The notes beneath the pieces were generated by a model, which did no database searches, was not told the origin of the DNA, and was given only the letters and a program-made list of their open reading frames with translations. The translations under genes were made by a program, and so were the position numbers. A stretch of DNA of 63,238 nucleotides, filler included, from Octopus bimaculoides (taxonomy: Eukaryota), in assembly GCF_001194135.2 (NCBI RefSeq). It is 6 parts of 6 records of this genome, joined end to end, with 100 filler letters (N's around TTAATTAATTAA, not from the genome) between each part and the next. Parts side by side here need not be neighbours in the genome. Positions count along the whole stretch, not along the records: positions 46,081 to 56,615 come from NC_069003.1; positions 56,716 to 60,707 come from NC_068982.1; positions 60,808 to 63,238 come from NC_068987.1; 3 more parts are not named here. One strand, given 5' to 3'. Positions 50,442-63,238 of the stretch are shown piece after piece. Each line of letters opens with the position of its first letter. Position 1 is the stretch's first letter.

Positions 50442-51591
50442 TGTTACTATCATTATTATTATTATCAATAACACTTTGAAGAAGTGTATCCTACCATAAA
50501 CAAAAGTATTGTGAGTGGATTTGGTAAATAGAAACTGGAAGAAGCTATATATATATATATACATACACGCACATATACATATATGCATATATACACACAA
50601 ACACATATGTGTTTGTAGTAGTCATATGCACTTGACTTGACATCATATTTTGGTTAAACATGCAAGTGAGGTCGTGTGTTTTTTGGTCTCTTGAGAAAAA
50701 CAAAAGCAGTATTATTTTGCCTGGAAACAAGTGAGGTTTGGCAACATTGATAAAAATCTGCCTCAACAAACAAAACTTAAACAAATTCAAGTTTCAATTA
50801 TCAAAAAAATAAACCTCTCATTTTTTACTTTTATTTTCATTTATTTTCTCTTGAAATTTAATCTGAGATTTGATACAACAGCAATGGACAAAGGGTAAGC
50901 ATTTTAACACTTTTCGCCTGCAAAAGCAGACGATAGCCATTCAGGTCACATGACTGTCTTCTCTATTCAGTTCAGCTTCCTTTTATTTTTATTTTACTTT
51001 GTTATCACTGCTTGTTTGTTCCTGTATATATATATATTTGTATGCTTTTTCACGTATGACTATTTCTGTGTTTGTTTGTGACAACAAACTTTACAATACA
51101 CAATTGAAGCACTCAATATTTCCGGAAGAAGCAGGGTGTGTTTATTTTATTCTTTATTTAAGTGGTTCTCTCACAATCGAAAGAGGATGATTAAGAATCT
51201 GTCACCAAATCTGTTTCTAGTCACCAAATAGAGAATATAGAGATTATATCATCATCATCATCATCATCATCATCATTCCATACAAGCATGGGTTGGACAG
51301 TATGACAAAGATTTGGACAAGATATATACATACCTATATCAATATATGTGTGTGTGTGTGTGTGTGTATAAGAGACTATTCTAGAGTACGTTCTGACTTA
51401 TCTTCGAAACGTCTAGTTAGAATAGAGGCAGCTGACGAAGGATTAATTCCAAGTGGCTATCTGTTTTCCTATGTGTTCGTTCCGTGGTCTGTAGTTCATT
51501 TTTCTAATGTCCTGTACCTTGATATGCATCTATATACACATGTAGATGTAAGTATGTACATATATGTGTGTATACATGCATATATATTCTT

Positions 51592-51627
<36 letters not shown>

Positions 51628-51649
51628 CTGCTTGGGATTAAAACGGCAT

Positions 51650-51915
51650 AGTCTTTATTATTTTACTTGTTTCAGTAATGTGACTGCGGCCATGCTGGAG
51701 CACTGCCTTTTGTTGAAGAAATCGACCCCAGGATTTATTTTTTGTAAGCCTAGTATTTATTCTATCAGTGTGTTTTGCTAAACAGTTAAGTTACAGGGGC
51801 GTAAACACACCAACATCAGTTGTCAAGCGATGGTGGGAGTACAAACACAGATACATACACATACATACAACAATCTTCTTTCAGATCCTGTCTATGAAAT
51901 ACCCTCACAAGGCAA
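51650..51915 (-). mobile_element. SINE family A (degenerate); other tails at 25960-26098(-), 36095-36330(-), 56335-56615(-)
   Basis: ttttacttgtttcagt..gcggccatgctggagcac..aaatcgacccca..aagttacaggggcgtaaacacacc. Confidence 0.75.
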
Positions 51916-53461
51916 CCACCGCTTTTTCCACACATTCAAATTCTACCACAAATCCAAATGCCTAAACAACCATACAGTATATTTCCACAATACCCCTTAG
52001 GTAAACCCAATAACCTTATAAATCTACATTTTAACTCTTAATCCCTATCTAATTCCTCACTCATACTTGAATATCACAACCATTTAATTATATTCGTGTG
52101 TGTATGAGTGCATGCATATGTGCGTGTATATGTATGTGTGTGTGTATGCGTGTATGTATGTATGTATGTGTGAATGTATGTATGCAAGGTGTATATACCT
52201 GCGTGTACAGGGGCGATAATACACACAGATGCACGTATATATGGATATGCATGTGTACATATACATATAAATACGAGTTGTATATGTAGATATTGATATG
52301 TATAAATATCTATATAAATATATATATACATGTCTAATATATGCATCTGTGTACATCTTCACGTATATACTTTCTTCTACTACTAAGCACTGACCTGTCC
52401 GACCACCTAATCTATATTCCTAAATTCTTCATTCCATTCTACTACTCCCCTCTCTACCCCATCACTTAAACTCCATCACTACATAACTGACTCTCCTTTA
52501 CTCTTTATACCTCTCTCTCTCTATCACCCCCGTTCCTTCTATCTTTTTACACTCTAATACCTTTCTCTCTCTATCACCCTCATCTCCCCATTTCTACTTT
52601 CAAATTATCTTGACTGACCACTAACTGGTACACTTACCCTTGTTATCTCTCTCCTTGTTTTTCTTTTTTCTTTATACCTCTCTTCCTATTTTTACTTCTC
52701 TTTTCTTTATTCCTCTCTTCCTGTTTTCGATTTTACCTTACAAATACATTCCCTACTTTTAGGTCACTTTAAATAAAACCCTTGATTCAATAGTACTGTG
52801 TACAAACCCTATACTTGGAATGACCAATTTTAAATGCCATTGGAACTTACTCATAAGGTACTGGAATCTTATATGTATACCATTCTGCCTAAATAATGGA
52901 TCTACAGAGCCAATATCCCTGCATGTCTCACATCTATTTTCATTCCTCCACTTCACTCTCTATTTCATATCTTATCTAAATTAACTATTGCTTAACCATC
53001 TTCTCACACCGTCTCCGATGAAGGGATATAATAAACATCCTGGAAACAGCTGTAAGACCTATTTATAAATGNNNNNNNNNNNNNNNNNNNNNNNNNNNNN
53101 NNNNNNNNNNNNNNNNNNNNNNNNNNNNNNNNNNNNNNNNNNNNNNNNNNNNNNNNNNNNNNNNNNNNNNNNNNNNNNNNNNNNNNNNNNNNNNNNNNNN
53201 NNNNNNNNNNNNNNNNNNNNNNNNNNNNNNNNNNNNNNNNNNNNNNNNNNNNNNNNNNNNNNNNNNNNNNNNNNNNNNNNNNNNNNNNNNNNNNNNNNNN
53301 NNNNNNNNNNNNNNNNNNNNNNNNNNNNNNNNNNNNNNNNNNNNNNNNNNNNNNNNNNNNNNNNNNNNNNNNNNNNNNNNNNNNNNNNNNNNNNNNNNNN
53401 NNNNNNNNNNNNNNNNNNNNNNNNNNNNNNNNNNNNNNNNNNNNNNNNNNNNNNNNNNNNN

Positions 53462-53493
<32 letters not shown>

Positions 53494-54084
53494 CAACCCA
53501 TGCCAACATGGACAACGGATGCTAAATAAGGATGATGATATACACAGACGTATGCATACATGTACAGCCACACATGCGTACACATACATGCAAGTATTAA
53601 TGTATATTAGCATAATCAAAAGATAAAAAACAACAACAATCATTTACTGATATAAGAATTCAATACTGGTATAGGAGGAGGAGTCATGTTTATTATAAAA
53701 AGCAGTTCAACTGTGCCTTCATAGTTTTCCCATCTCAAGGCTTGTTCAAACAGTGAGCAAAAGACACATACTTTCACACATACACCCAAATATGTAAGCA
53801 TGTATATCTCACATCGTATTCGATAACTGGGCTATGACCATGCAGAGGCATCGCCGTCACAAGTTGTAATTGAATATATGGGTTCCCTGTATTTTGTCTC
53901 CTTTTTATTTTAGCACCCTGGTAAGGAGGAGTAGTAAAAGTGAATGAACACCTCTTGGTGTGTATTTATATATATATATAAAGCTATATACATACATATA
54001 TATATACATATATATATATATATTTATATATACATTTGTATATGTATATATATACATATTTATATATAGAATGTTATATATACC

Positions 54085-54145
<61 letters not shown>

Positions 54146-54937
54146 ATGTGTATATATATATATGTATATAATGTTATGCATATATGTGTATACATATATA
54201 TGTATATGTATATGTATATCTATATATCTCTATATATATATGAAGAAAGAGCGAAAGAATAAGAGAAGTAAAGAGAAGTAGAGAGGGAGAAGGGGAGAGA
54301 GAGAGACACACACAAAAAGTGAAGGAAAGAAAGAAAAAGATAAACTGAGAGAGAAAGAGAGACGACAAAATCATAAAATTTAAAATCCTTTTTTCAATAA
54401 TAAGTAAGAACTTGCAGTTGTGTTAGAATTTTGAATTTTCTGGTATACATTGGTTACACCCTTTGGTGGTGCTAGTATAGGAGGTTCGGCATCCACAATG
54501 TTAAATGTTCTTACATTTCCAAATATATTGAGAAAGAGCAGTGAAATTCATTTCCTCTTTGGATCTTGATGAATGTACTTGCTAGTTATGTGTTTCAATT
54601 CCACGGATTGTCTAGGATTATATGTGGATATATAAAAATATAAAAAGACTTTAGTGATACAATGCACACCCACAGACATGTGTGTGTGTGTCTACTTATG
54701 TATGTACATATATACGTATATATATATACACACATGTATATATATATTTGTAATTGTGATTATATTTCATGCACTTGCGTATTGATACATATGTGTGCAC
54801 ATTTAATATATATCCATGTTTACACAGATGAATGTGTATTTATATATACACAGATATTCCATACATTTCGTGTAGTCCATAATATACATGTATTATATAT
54901 AATATTTATGTCTTTACGTTTTCTCTTTCTCGATGTA

Positions 54938-54977
<40 letters not shown>

Positions 54978-55782
54978 CTTATATAGGATGGTTATTTAAG
55001 TTTCATTTAATTTCATGCCGATTGTCCAAAAGAAAAGCAAAAATTTGGTTAGCTTGGCATTCAGCAAATGTGGCTACAAGTGAAGGTGTGTGAGGAAATA
55101 ATAATAATTAAAAAATGAAACTATGGAGATGATATGTGAGATTGTATAAATGCATGTGATATCATAGATATTTTAAAATCAAATTAAAGCCCTTGGACTA
55201 GATATTTGCAAGAAGCAACACCTCGATGTATCAACAAAAATATCCCTTTTCATAGATGAAAATATGTACATGAAATTGCATGTGGAAAGAAGAAAATGCA
55301 TATTTACTGTTGTGAATGCAAGTAAGTTATAAATCTTAAATGCACGCATGTCAATCTGACAAGAAAGACGTCAAATAAGGGTTGAGACTGGTTTGGCAGA
55401 TTATGTCACTGTTTTAGAATATATTTATCCATGTAAGTGCATGTTCTAAATATTTCATTACTGGTATTTAAGCTGCTTCCAGAGCCATTTCTTTCTTGTT
55501 TTTGATTTTCTTTTAATAAAAATGTGCGCTTTCTGTTGTGCAAAGCCTGCATTTCTTTGATCCATTGACATATGGCTTTGATCTTGAGTGCATGTAACTG
55601 CATGAAACTTAACATGAAATTATGAGCCTTAAGTAACCATTCTATGCTCTGAGTGTTGTATAAATATCAAGGAATGAGTCCTTTTGCTGACAATTATACA
55701 TATGTATGTATGTATGTATATAATTTTCAGCAAAAGAAATCATTCCTTGGTATTTATACAACACTCAGAGTTGTGTGTGTGG

Positions 55783-55825
<43 letters not shown>

Positions 55826-55892
55826 GGTGAATATGGTACTTAAGTTTAGGTACCAGAATTAAGTATGGTATTATCCATACCGTTTCAAAATA

Positions 55893-56201
55893 AGGTGATT
55901 AAAGTCAAAATAAGCAACAAGGATATCCAAAGTTAATGCAGTACGATCGTTTCATGCAACTCCATTTACTTAAGAAATGTGAACATTACATCAAATATAA
56001 AATGCACAGCAATCCTCAGCTGCACAAAGACATAGAAATATAATGAAATTACATTTAAACAGAAGGACATATTTTTATAACAACATCTAAACTCTCCAAG
56101 TAGAACGAAGGAATACAAAAAGCCATTTTATATTTGATGCATTTTATATTTGATGTATTAACTTTGGATATCCTTGTTGCTTATTTTGAGTTTAATCACC
56201 T
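55893..56201. mobile_element. Tc1/mariner-type MITE, 309 bp
   Basis: Inverted repeats of about 50 bp (aggtgattaaagtcaaaataagcaacaaggatatccaaagttaat) at both ends, each flanked by TA; a further inverted block acatcaaatataaaatgca lies internally. Confidence 0.75.
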
Positions 56202-56877
56202 TATATATGTATATATATATATATTCGGTGTGAATGGTTTTTTATTACAGCACTGTGATTTACAATCCTGCAAATAATAATAATAGTATTTCTATATAAG
56301 CTGAAAGCTCATGGCGATCACCGTGCAATGACTCTTTTTTTTACTCTTTTACTTGTTTCAGTCATTTGACTGTGGCCATGCTGGAGCACCACCTTTAGTC
56401 AAGCAAATCGACCCCAGGACTTATTCTTTGGAAGCCTAGTACTTATTCTATCAGTCTCTTTTGCTGAACCGCTAAGTTACGGGGACGTAAACACACCACC
56501 ATTGGTTGTTAAGCGATGTTGGGGGGACAAACACAGACACACAAACATATACACACATATACATATACATATATATACATATATACGACGGGCTTCTTTC
56601 AGTTTCCGTCTACCANNNNNNNNNNNNNNNNNNNNNNNNNNNNNNNNNNNNNNNNNNNNTTAATTAATTAANNNNNNNNNNNNNNNNNNNNNNNNNNNNN
56701 NNNNNNNNNNNNNNNTAATATTTCTCGGCCCAGATAGATGCGATGGGGTCAGTTAGGCAAAATCAATATGGTAGATTAGATGTTTATACGAGTGTACACG
56801 CATTTCTGCAGCCGCTCATTTTTGCTTTGTTAGTCGTTCAGAATGGTTAAGTGTGATTTTCTAAGATATGTGACATA

Positions 56878-58427
56878 CAGTGGGGGGAAATAAATATTCT
56901 TACATGTCAAAATTCTTTATTTATTTAATTTCTAATGAACATAAATGGGATACACCAATACTATATTTGCATACACATGCATAAACTAAGAATATGCAAA
57001 AGAAACTAATAAACTAATGAGTTTATATACAAATATAAATATTTAGGGGTGAAAAAGCATTCGTACAGAAAATAAATAACAGATAATTCTGATTTAATAC
57101 TTCGTAGCATAACCATTATTCAGTTCCACTTCAACCAATTTCTTCTTGTAGTTCTTAATCAATGACTCGCATGTTTCTTTAGGAATTTTTTCCTATTTTT
57201 CTTGACAAATTTTCTTCTAATCTGGAATGCACATTGGGGCTCTTGAATGAATTTTAATTTTCAAATAACGCCACAAATTCTCAATGGGGTTCAAGTCAGG
57301 CTTGGCCATTCTAATAATTTTATATTGTGATTGACAATCTATTTTGATAGACTTCACCGTGCGCTTAATGTCGTTATCCTGTTGTAAAACCCACCCTTCA
57401 CAAAGCTGGAGCTTTTCTACAGAGTCCCATAAATTATTGTTCAAAATATTTTAGTACATCTCTGCATTCATTCTACCATCTATCACATGTACATTGCCAG
57501 TCCCATTTGCAGAGAAACACCCCTACACAATGATGTTTCCACCTCCAAACTTTACAGTAGGAATTGTGCTTTTCGGCGAATAGGTGGTACCATCTTTCCT
57601 CCAAAGATGGCTACGCAAATTTCGTCCAAACAAATCAATTTTCAACTCGTCCGTCCAAAGAACATTTTCCCAGAATGTATCAGATTTACCTTTATGTTCA
57701 TAAACAAATTTTAAACGGGCATCTCTATGCCTTTTAGTCAACAGTGGAGTTCATTGCTGATTGTTCATAGTGTAACACTAGTCTCTGAAGCTAACAAATC
57801 TTCTTGCAACTCCTTTCTGGTGATCATTGCGTTTTTTTTCGATTCTTCACTTCATTTTTCTTAAAGATCTAGGGGAAATCTTGCGTGGTGCCCCGGATCT
57901 TATTCTGTTTTCAACAGTTCCCGATTTTTTATTTCTTTGAATAAATGTAGGTATGGTAGAAAATGGAATACAAAAGGTCTCTGATATTTTCCTGTAACTT
58001 TTACCTGCTTTCCACTGTTCATTAATTAAGTTTTTCACTGAATTTGTGAGTTCTTTACGTTTCGCCATTATTACGACATTACTTTATGTTGTCTCAGTGC
58101 TGAATGAAGAAGCTAGCATTTTGTCACTTAAAAATGACCACTGATAAGATTATTGGAACAAGCGAGAAAGTTCTAGTAAAAAAAAATTATTTTAACAGTA
58201 TTTTATGGCATAGAAACTCATAGATATATTCTGAACGAATACTTTTTTCACCCCAAAATACTTATATTTGTATATAAATTCATTAGTTACTATAATGTAT
58301 TAGTTTCTTTTGCATATTCTTAGTTTATGCATGTGTGTGTAAATATAGTACTGGTATATCCCATTTATGTTCATTAGAAATTAAATAAATAATTTTGACT
58401 TGTACGAATATTTATTTCCCCCCACTG
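56878..58427 (-). mobile_element. Complete-ended Tc1-family transposon, 1550 bp, long TIRs of about 190 bp, TA TSD
   Basis: TA|CAGTGGGGGGAAATAAATATT...AATATTTATTTCCCCCCACTG|TA. Confidence 0.92.
57094..58068 (-). pseudogene. Tc1 DD34E transposase, frameshifted
   Basis: Fragments MAKRKEL..GKSYRKIS..RSGAPRKIS (paired HTH), WENVLWTDE..TVKFGGGNI, WVLQQDND, PDLNPIENLW, ending GYATKY*. Confidence 0.88.
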
Positions 58428-58605
58428 TATATGTATGAATACATATATGCATATATACATTTAAGAGCGCGTGTATATGTATATATATTTATTTATAAAG
58501 AGAGATAGACAGACAGGTAAATATAGATAGATAGATAAATGTTAACACGTAATGTTTATAATGTATATCTGAGTATATATATATGTATATATTGATATGC
58601 GCATG

Positions 58606-58664
<59 letters not shown>

Positions 58665-59067
58665 TTGTTGTAGATTAGTCCCCGATTCCTTCTTTCTTTT
58701 CTCTTCTTCTCCTCCACCATAACCATAATAATCTTCACCATCGCTGCTATTTATCAACATCATCATCATTATGGTCTTCATAATCGCCATTACTCATTAA
58801 CATCATGATCGTCATCAGCATATTGGTTCTACACGCTTACTAAGTACGTCAATGTTTCTCCTAGCATCCAGGAACGTTGAAAGCGTGGTCACAGATGCTG
58901 ATTTGCGGGTTGAACACTGTACCTGGTGGGCATTTCATAAGATAAGTGTTGCCTGCGTTGCATTGATAGAAAAAATCACATTGCTGGGGTACTGCGTATA
59001 ATTTGTCAGGTTTGCCAACACAGAAACCGACAGTATCATCTGAATATGGAAGAGAGTCAAGATATAA

Positions 59068-59138
<71 letters not shown>

Positions 59139-59707
59139 GTCAAGACGAAGAGTGCGATTTTAGATGTTTTATTTTTTGAACAACATTCCGACAGAACGTC
59201 TGTCTTTCTCAAGTTCAAACTAAAAGGTGATTGAAAATTCAAAATTTCAGAAACCAAACGTAAACTATGAACGTGAGNNNNNNNNNNNNNNNNNNNNNNN
59301 NNNNNNNNNNNNNNNNNNNNNNNNNNNNNNNNNNNNNNNNNNNNNNNNNNNNNNNNNNNNNNNNNNNNNNNNNNNNNNNNNNNNNNNNNNNNNNNNNNNN
59401 NNNNNNNNNNNNNNNNNNNNNNNNNNNNNNNNNNNNNNNNNNNNNNNNNNNNNNNNNNNNNNNNNNNNNNNNNNNNNNNNNNNNNNNNNNNNNNNNNNNN
59501 NNNNNNNNNNNNNNNNNNNNNNNNNNNNNNNNNNNNNNNNNNNNNNNNNNNNNNNNNNNNNNNNNNNNNNNNNNNNNNNNNNNNNNNNNNNNNNNNNNNN
59601 NNNNNNNNNNNNNNNNNNNNNNNNNNNNNNNNNNNNNNNNNNNNNATCGCTCTCTTCGTCTTGACTATTTACCTTCGTGAAGAGTTACGTCAATCCTTTT
59701 TTTAAAA

Positions 59708-59773
<66 letters not shown>

Positions 59774-59782
59774 TAATAATAA

Positions 59783-60188
59783 TCAGAAGCCGGATATTAT
59801 TGTGATGAATAAAAAAAAGAACATGTATAATAATCGACAGAACCTCGGTGACAACTGGATCAATGTGAAAGATGAAAATATAAACAATTATGATAATTTT
59901 AAGTGGGAAATACGAAGGTTGTGGTCAATGAAGAGAGTAGACGTGATATCAATAGTAATTGGTGCACTTGGAAGTATCAACACTCAACTACCAGCATGGC
60001 TGAAAAAGATCAGTGCAAGTGTGAGGGTAGAACACCTACAAAAATCACCATTGCTTGGAACTGCAAGAATTCTTCCCAGGGTTCTTGAAGCATGATCAGT
60101 AAACAAATGTCACCTTAGTCTGTTGGATGTGGACAGCTGACACTTTCCATCATACCCAGCATAATAAACTGTGAGTTTTCATATAATG

Positions 60189-60246
<58 letters not shown>

Positions 60247-60707
60247 GATATGCCAACACTATGGAATAACAACAGAAAAAAGATGGTATAAACATACGCC
60301 AGAAAAGGTCACAGAAAACGAGAAAGCAACCATACTCTGGGATATGCCAATACACACAGATAGAGAAATTAAGGCCAATAGACCAGATATCGTTGTCAAA
60401 GATCATGAAGAAAAGTGCTTTCTAATTGATGTATCAATACCAGCAGATGACAACGTTTCCCTAAAAGAAATGGAAAAACTTTCAAAATACAAAGACCACA
60501 GCACACCCAAGGCACACAGAGCTGCGCTCGGTAGTGAAGTGAAAGCACGTTATAAAAATAAAACTACTGAACAATAATAATAATAATAATAATAATGATA
60601 CAGAAACAGAGGGGTTTATCATAGCAGCCCAAGATCAATGCCTACCTACAAAGAACTACCAGGCCAACATATTAAAGACCGGCAGCTCCCCATTATGTCG
60701 TATATGC
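59783..60707 (+). mobile_element. Cluster of three R4/Dong-like LINE fragments separated by (TAA)n arrays
   Basis: KPDIIV..EIRRLWSMKRV..VIGALG..LQKSPLLGTARIL..*; WYKHTPEKV..ILWDMPIHTDREIKANRPDIVV..IDVSIP; TEGFIIAAQDQCL..CRIC. Confidence 0.85.
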
Positions 60708-60810
60708 NNNNNNNNNNNNNNNNNNNNNNNNNNNNNNNNNNNNNNNNNNNNTTAATTAATTAANNNNNNNNNNNNNNNNNNNNNNNNNNNNNNNNNNNNN
60801 NNNNNNNATA

Positions 60811-60870
<60 letters not shown>

Positions 60871-61368
60871 AATGTGTATGTACATATATATATGTGAGTA
60901 TATATATGTTCACACAAAGCAATATATCTGACACCGTGTGCAGATGTATCTTATATTTGTAGATATCGTATATGTTTATAATGCGGGGTCTCTAGCACCA
61001 CCCGCCTACTCGTGTCAGAGATTGTAAGCAACACTTTTAATGATATTTATATCACAAATTCATCTAAATTAATGCCAGAAGACGTATATCTGCCATTTGT
61101 TTTTTTAAAAATTGTTTTATCATCCATTATATCATTTGCATCAACTGTTTCGTATATAGAAAAAAGTACGGTAAGAAAAAATATGTATATTGTTTAAAAA
61201 GCATTTGAAGAGGAAGTAGTCCATTATTTATTATTAAACAAGAATCTATTTCGCTCTGGCTCCCTCATTCTCATATATATACACATATGTATACACACAC
61301 ATACATACATACATACATACATTCATACACGGAGATACATATATATATATATATATATGCATATACTC

Positions 61369-61440
<72 letters not shown>

Positions 61441-61813
61441 TGTATGTATACGAATATATATATGTATATATACATTGTATATATAAATATATATTCACAA
61501 ATATGTATATATGCGCACATATGCACACTTAGACACGCATATATAGGTACAAATAGACACACACACACAGAAAACACAAACACATGCACATACACACACA
61601 CCCATGTATATACATACATACATATACGTGTATTTGTAAAGTACATTTTTTTTTATAAAACTTTAATGGATAAACGCGCCGATCGTTTTGCTTTGCAAAT
61701 CGACACACGCATGAACGCACACATAGGCAGATACATAGTCACTCACAACGCACACATATATATTCAAGCATTTGGACACGTGTGTTTATGAATGTTATAT
61801 AAATATTTGTTTG

Positions 61814-61849
<36 letters not shown>

Positions 61850-62052
61850 GACATACACACAGACATACACACATATACGTGCAATCAATGGGCAAGGTGC
61901 TCAGTATATTATAATTAACTTGTTCTTGTTGGCAAATTTGAGTTCCAGTCTCATTATTTGGTTTAATGATCTGAATTGGTAATCTCTAACCAGTTTGTTC
62001 TTTTTACTGAAGAGTGTCCCAACGTGATCACAATCAGCAGTTTGCATTGTTT

Positions 62053-62100
<48 letters not shown>

Positions 62101-63099
62101 TAGCATATAATCCATCATTTTTCTGGGTAGTAGTTTGTTAGTTGAAGTGGATTTGATTGTCATTTCTAATTTATCGAACGAGTATGCAAAAACTCTCTCA
62201 TTGTCTTAACTTTAAGTTGATTATTCTGTGTTGCTGCTTTTGAATCCACCCGAAGATTCCTATGTTAGTATGGGTGTATGTTTCGTACATTTAAAAATTC
62301 TCATAATCCCAGTATATGCTGAGAATAATTTCAGATGTCTTTGTCAGAAGATTCATCGATATATTTATGTGCCATCATTATATCAATATATTTTTGAAGA
62401 TATTTTTAAAGTAGCGTATTTGGTTCAAGTATATTACAGATGTCACTCAATCTTGTCCAACTCATAATAACAGGGGCGTGAAAACGATATAACAAGTTAA
62501 AAAAATACAGGATAATTTCACTGTTACATTTACCTACATTACTGGATTGTGTTACATACTGTTACTTTTCTATCCTCTATCAGGAGAAAATGCTGTGCTC
62601 TTCATACTTAAACGGACTTGATGAGGGGAGCGAGGGAAAGAGTCGTGATTCGACCCGGCGACATGGCAGTAATTCTTGTAATACATAGTACATCGCCCAA
62701 GGCATGCATATACCAAATTATGAAGTTAAACATAACGACAGGTTTTAGCTATTATTTAGGTAAGTCGCAGCGGGATTTGAATTCAGGACATAATGTTTTG
62801 CAAGGAATGTGATTGCGCATGGGAAAACCATGGGGTAGCATTACTTGAAGGTTACAACAATGCTAGGAAGAGCATTGTGACCAACAGTATATAAGAATAT
62901 CTGCTAGTTTGTTAGTTACGTTGGTTTATACATACATATATATGCATAGCCTAATGCTTGTAACATAAGATAACCTTTCGCTTACAGTGACGTTTATATT
63001 CTGATACATTGCTTCTTGCGTGAATCTATGGTTACTGTGGTGCTATGGAGGAAGAAGACAACAAGAAGCAAAAGGACAGAATGGAGCGTTGGACCTTAC

Positions 63100-63238
63100 C
63101 TTGCCGACCGCAGCGGGGTACACGATCGCTCCTGATCAGAACACGTCTTTCTCGTAACGTCGCTGTTTTCTCACTGTCCCCACGTGCTAGCCTTCGACCG
63201 CGTGTCGCCGACTTCCGATCTGACCCTTCCGGTTTGGC
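63100..63238 (-). promoter_or_regulatory. CpG-rich, probably non-coding first exon/promoter of a minus-strand gene transcribed into the window
   Basis: Strong donor CAAG|GTAAGG at 63100/63099, dense CpG, two ETS-like CGGAAG motifs, a CACGTG E-box, and no ATG in the visible part. Confidence 0.55.

Noticed and set aside
52350-53070. Penelope-like terminal sequences (also about 14000-14170, 23440-23520, 51380-51530)
   Set aside because: Only the short GATGAAGG..GAAAC-type end motif is visible; too little to delimit elements.

Overview
AT-rich, microsatellite-dense animal genomic DNA from a gapped draft assembly. The SINE/LINE repertoire looks like a coleoid cephalopod, most likely Octopus (recognised by pattern, not by a database search). 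Five 100-nt artificial scaffold joins (44 N + TTAATTAATTAA + 44 N) split the window into six blocks whose adjacency is not guaranteed. The only confident host protein-coding sequence is a tandem pair of 331-nt terminal exons (10469-10799, 15225-15555, + strand). Each encodes a complete neurotrophin/Spaetzle-like cystine-knot domain; they are 51/109 aa identical, have no indels, carry 7 Cys, and share the same phase-2 acceptor and a homologous polyA context. Their 5' exons are unresolved, so they may be two genes or alternative last exons of one gene. The rest is mostly TE debris: several tRNA-derived SINE families, R4/Dong-like, Tx1-like, RTE, CR1/L2-like and Penelope fragments, a complete-ended Tc1 element, a maT-like mariner, and hAT and TA-type MITEs. 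Other notable structure: an interrupted inverted duplication at 21.4-25.9 kb with a 317-bp identical core, a perfect 60-bp palindrome, a strongly CpG-decayed block at about 31.7-46 kb that suggests a methylated gene body, and a CpG-rich minus-strand first exon at the right edge. Nearly all ORFs in the supplied track are microsatellite or N-gap artefacts.
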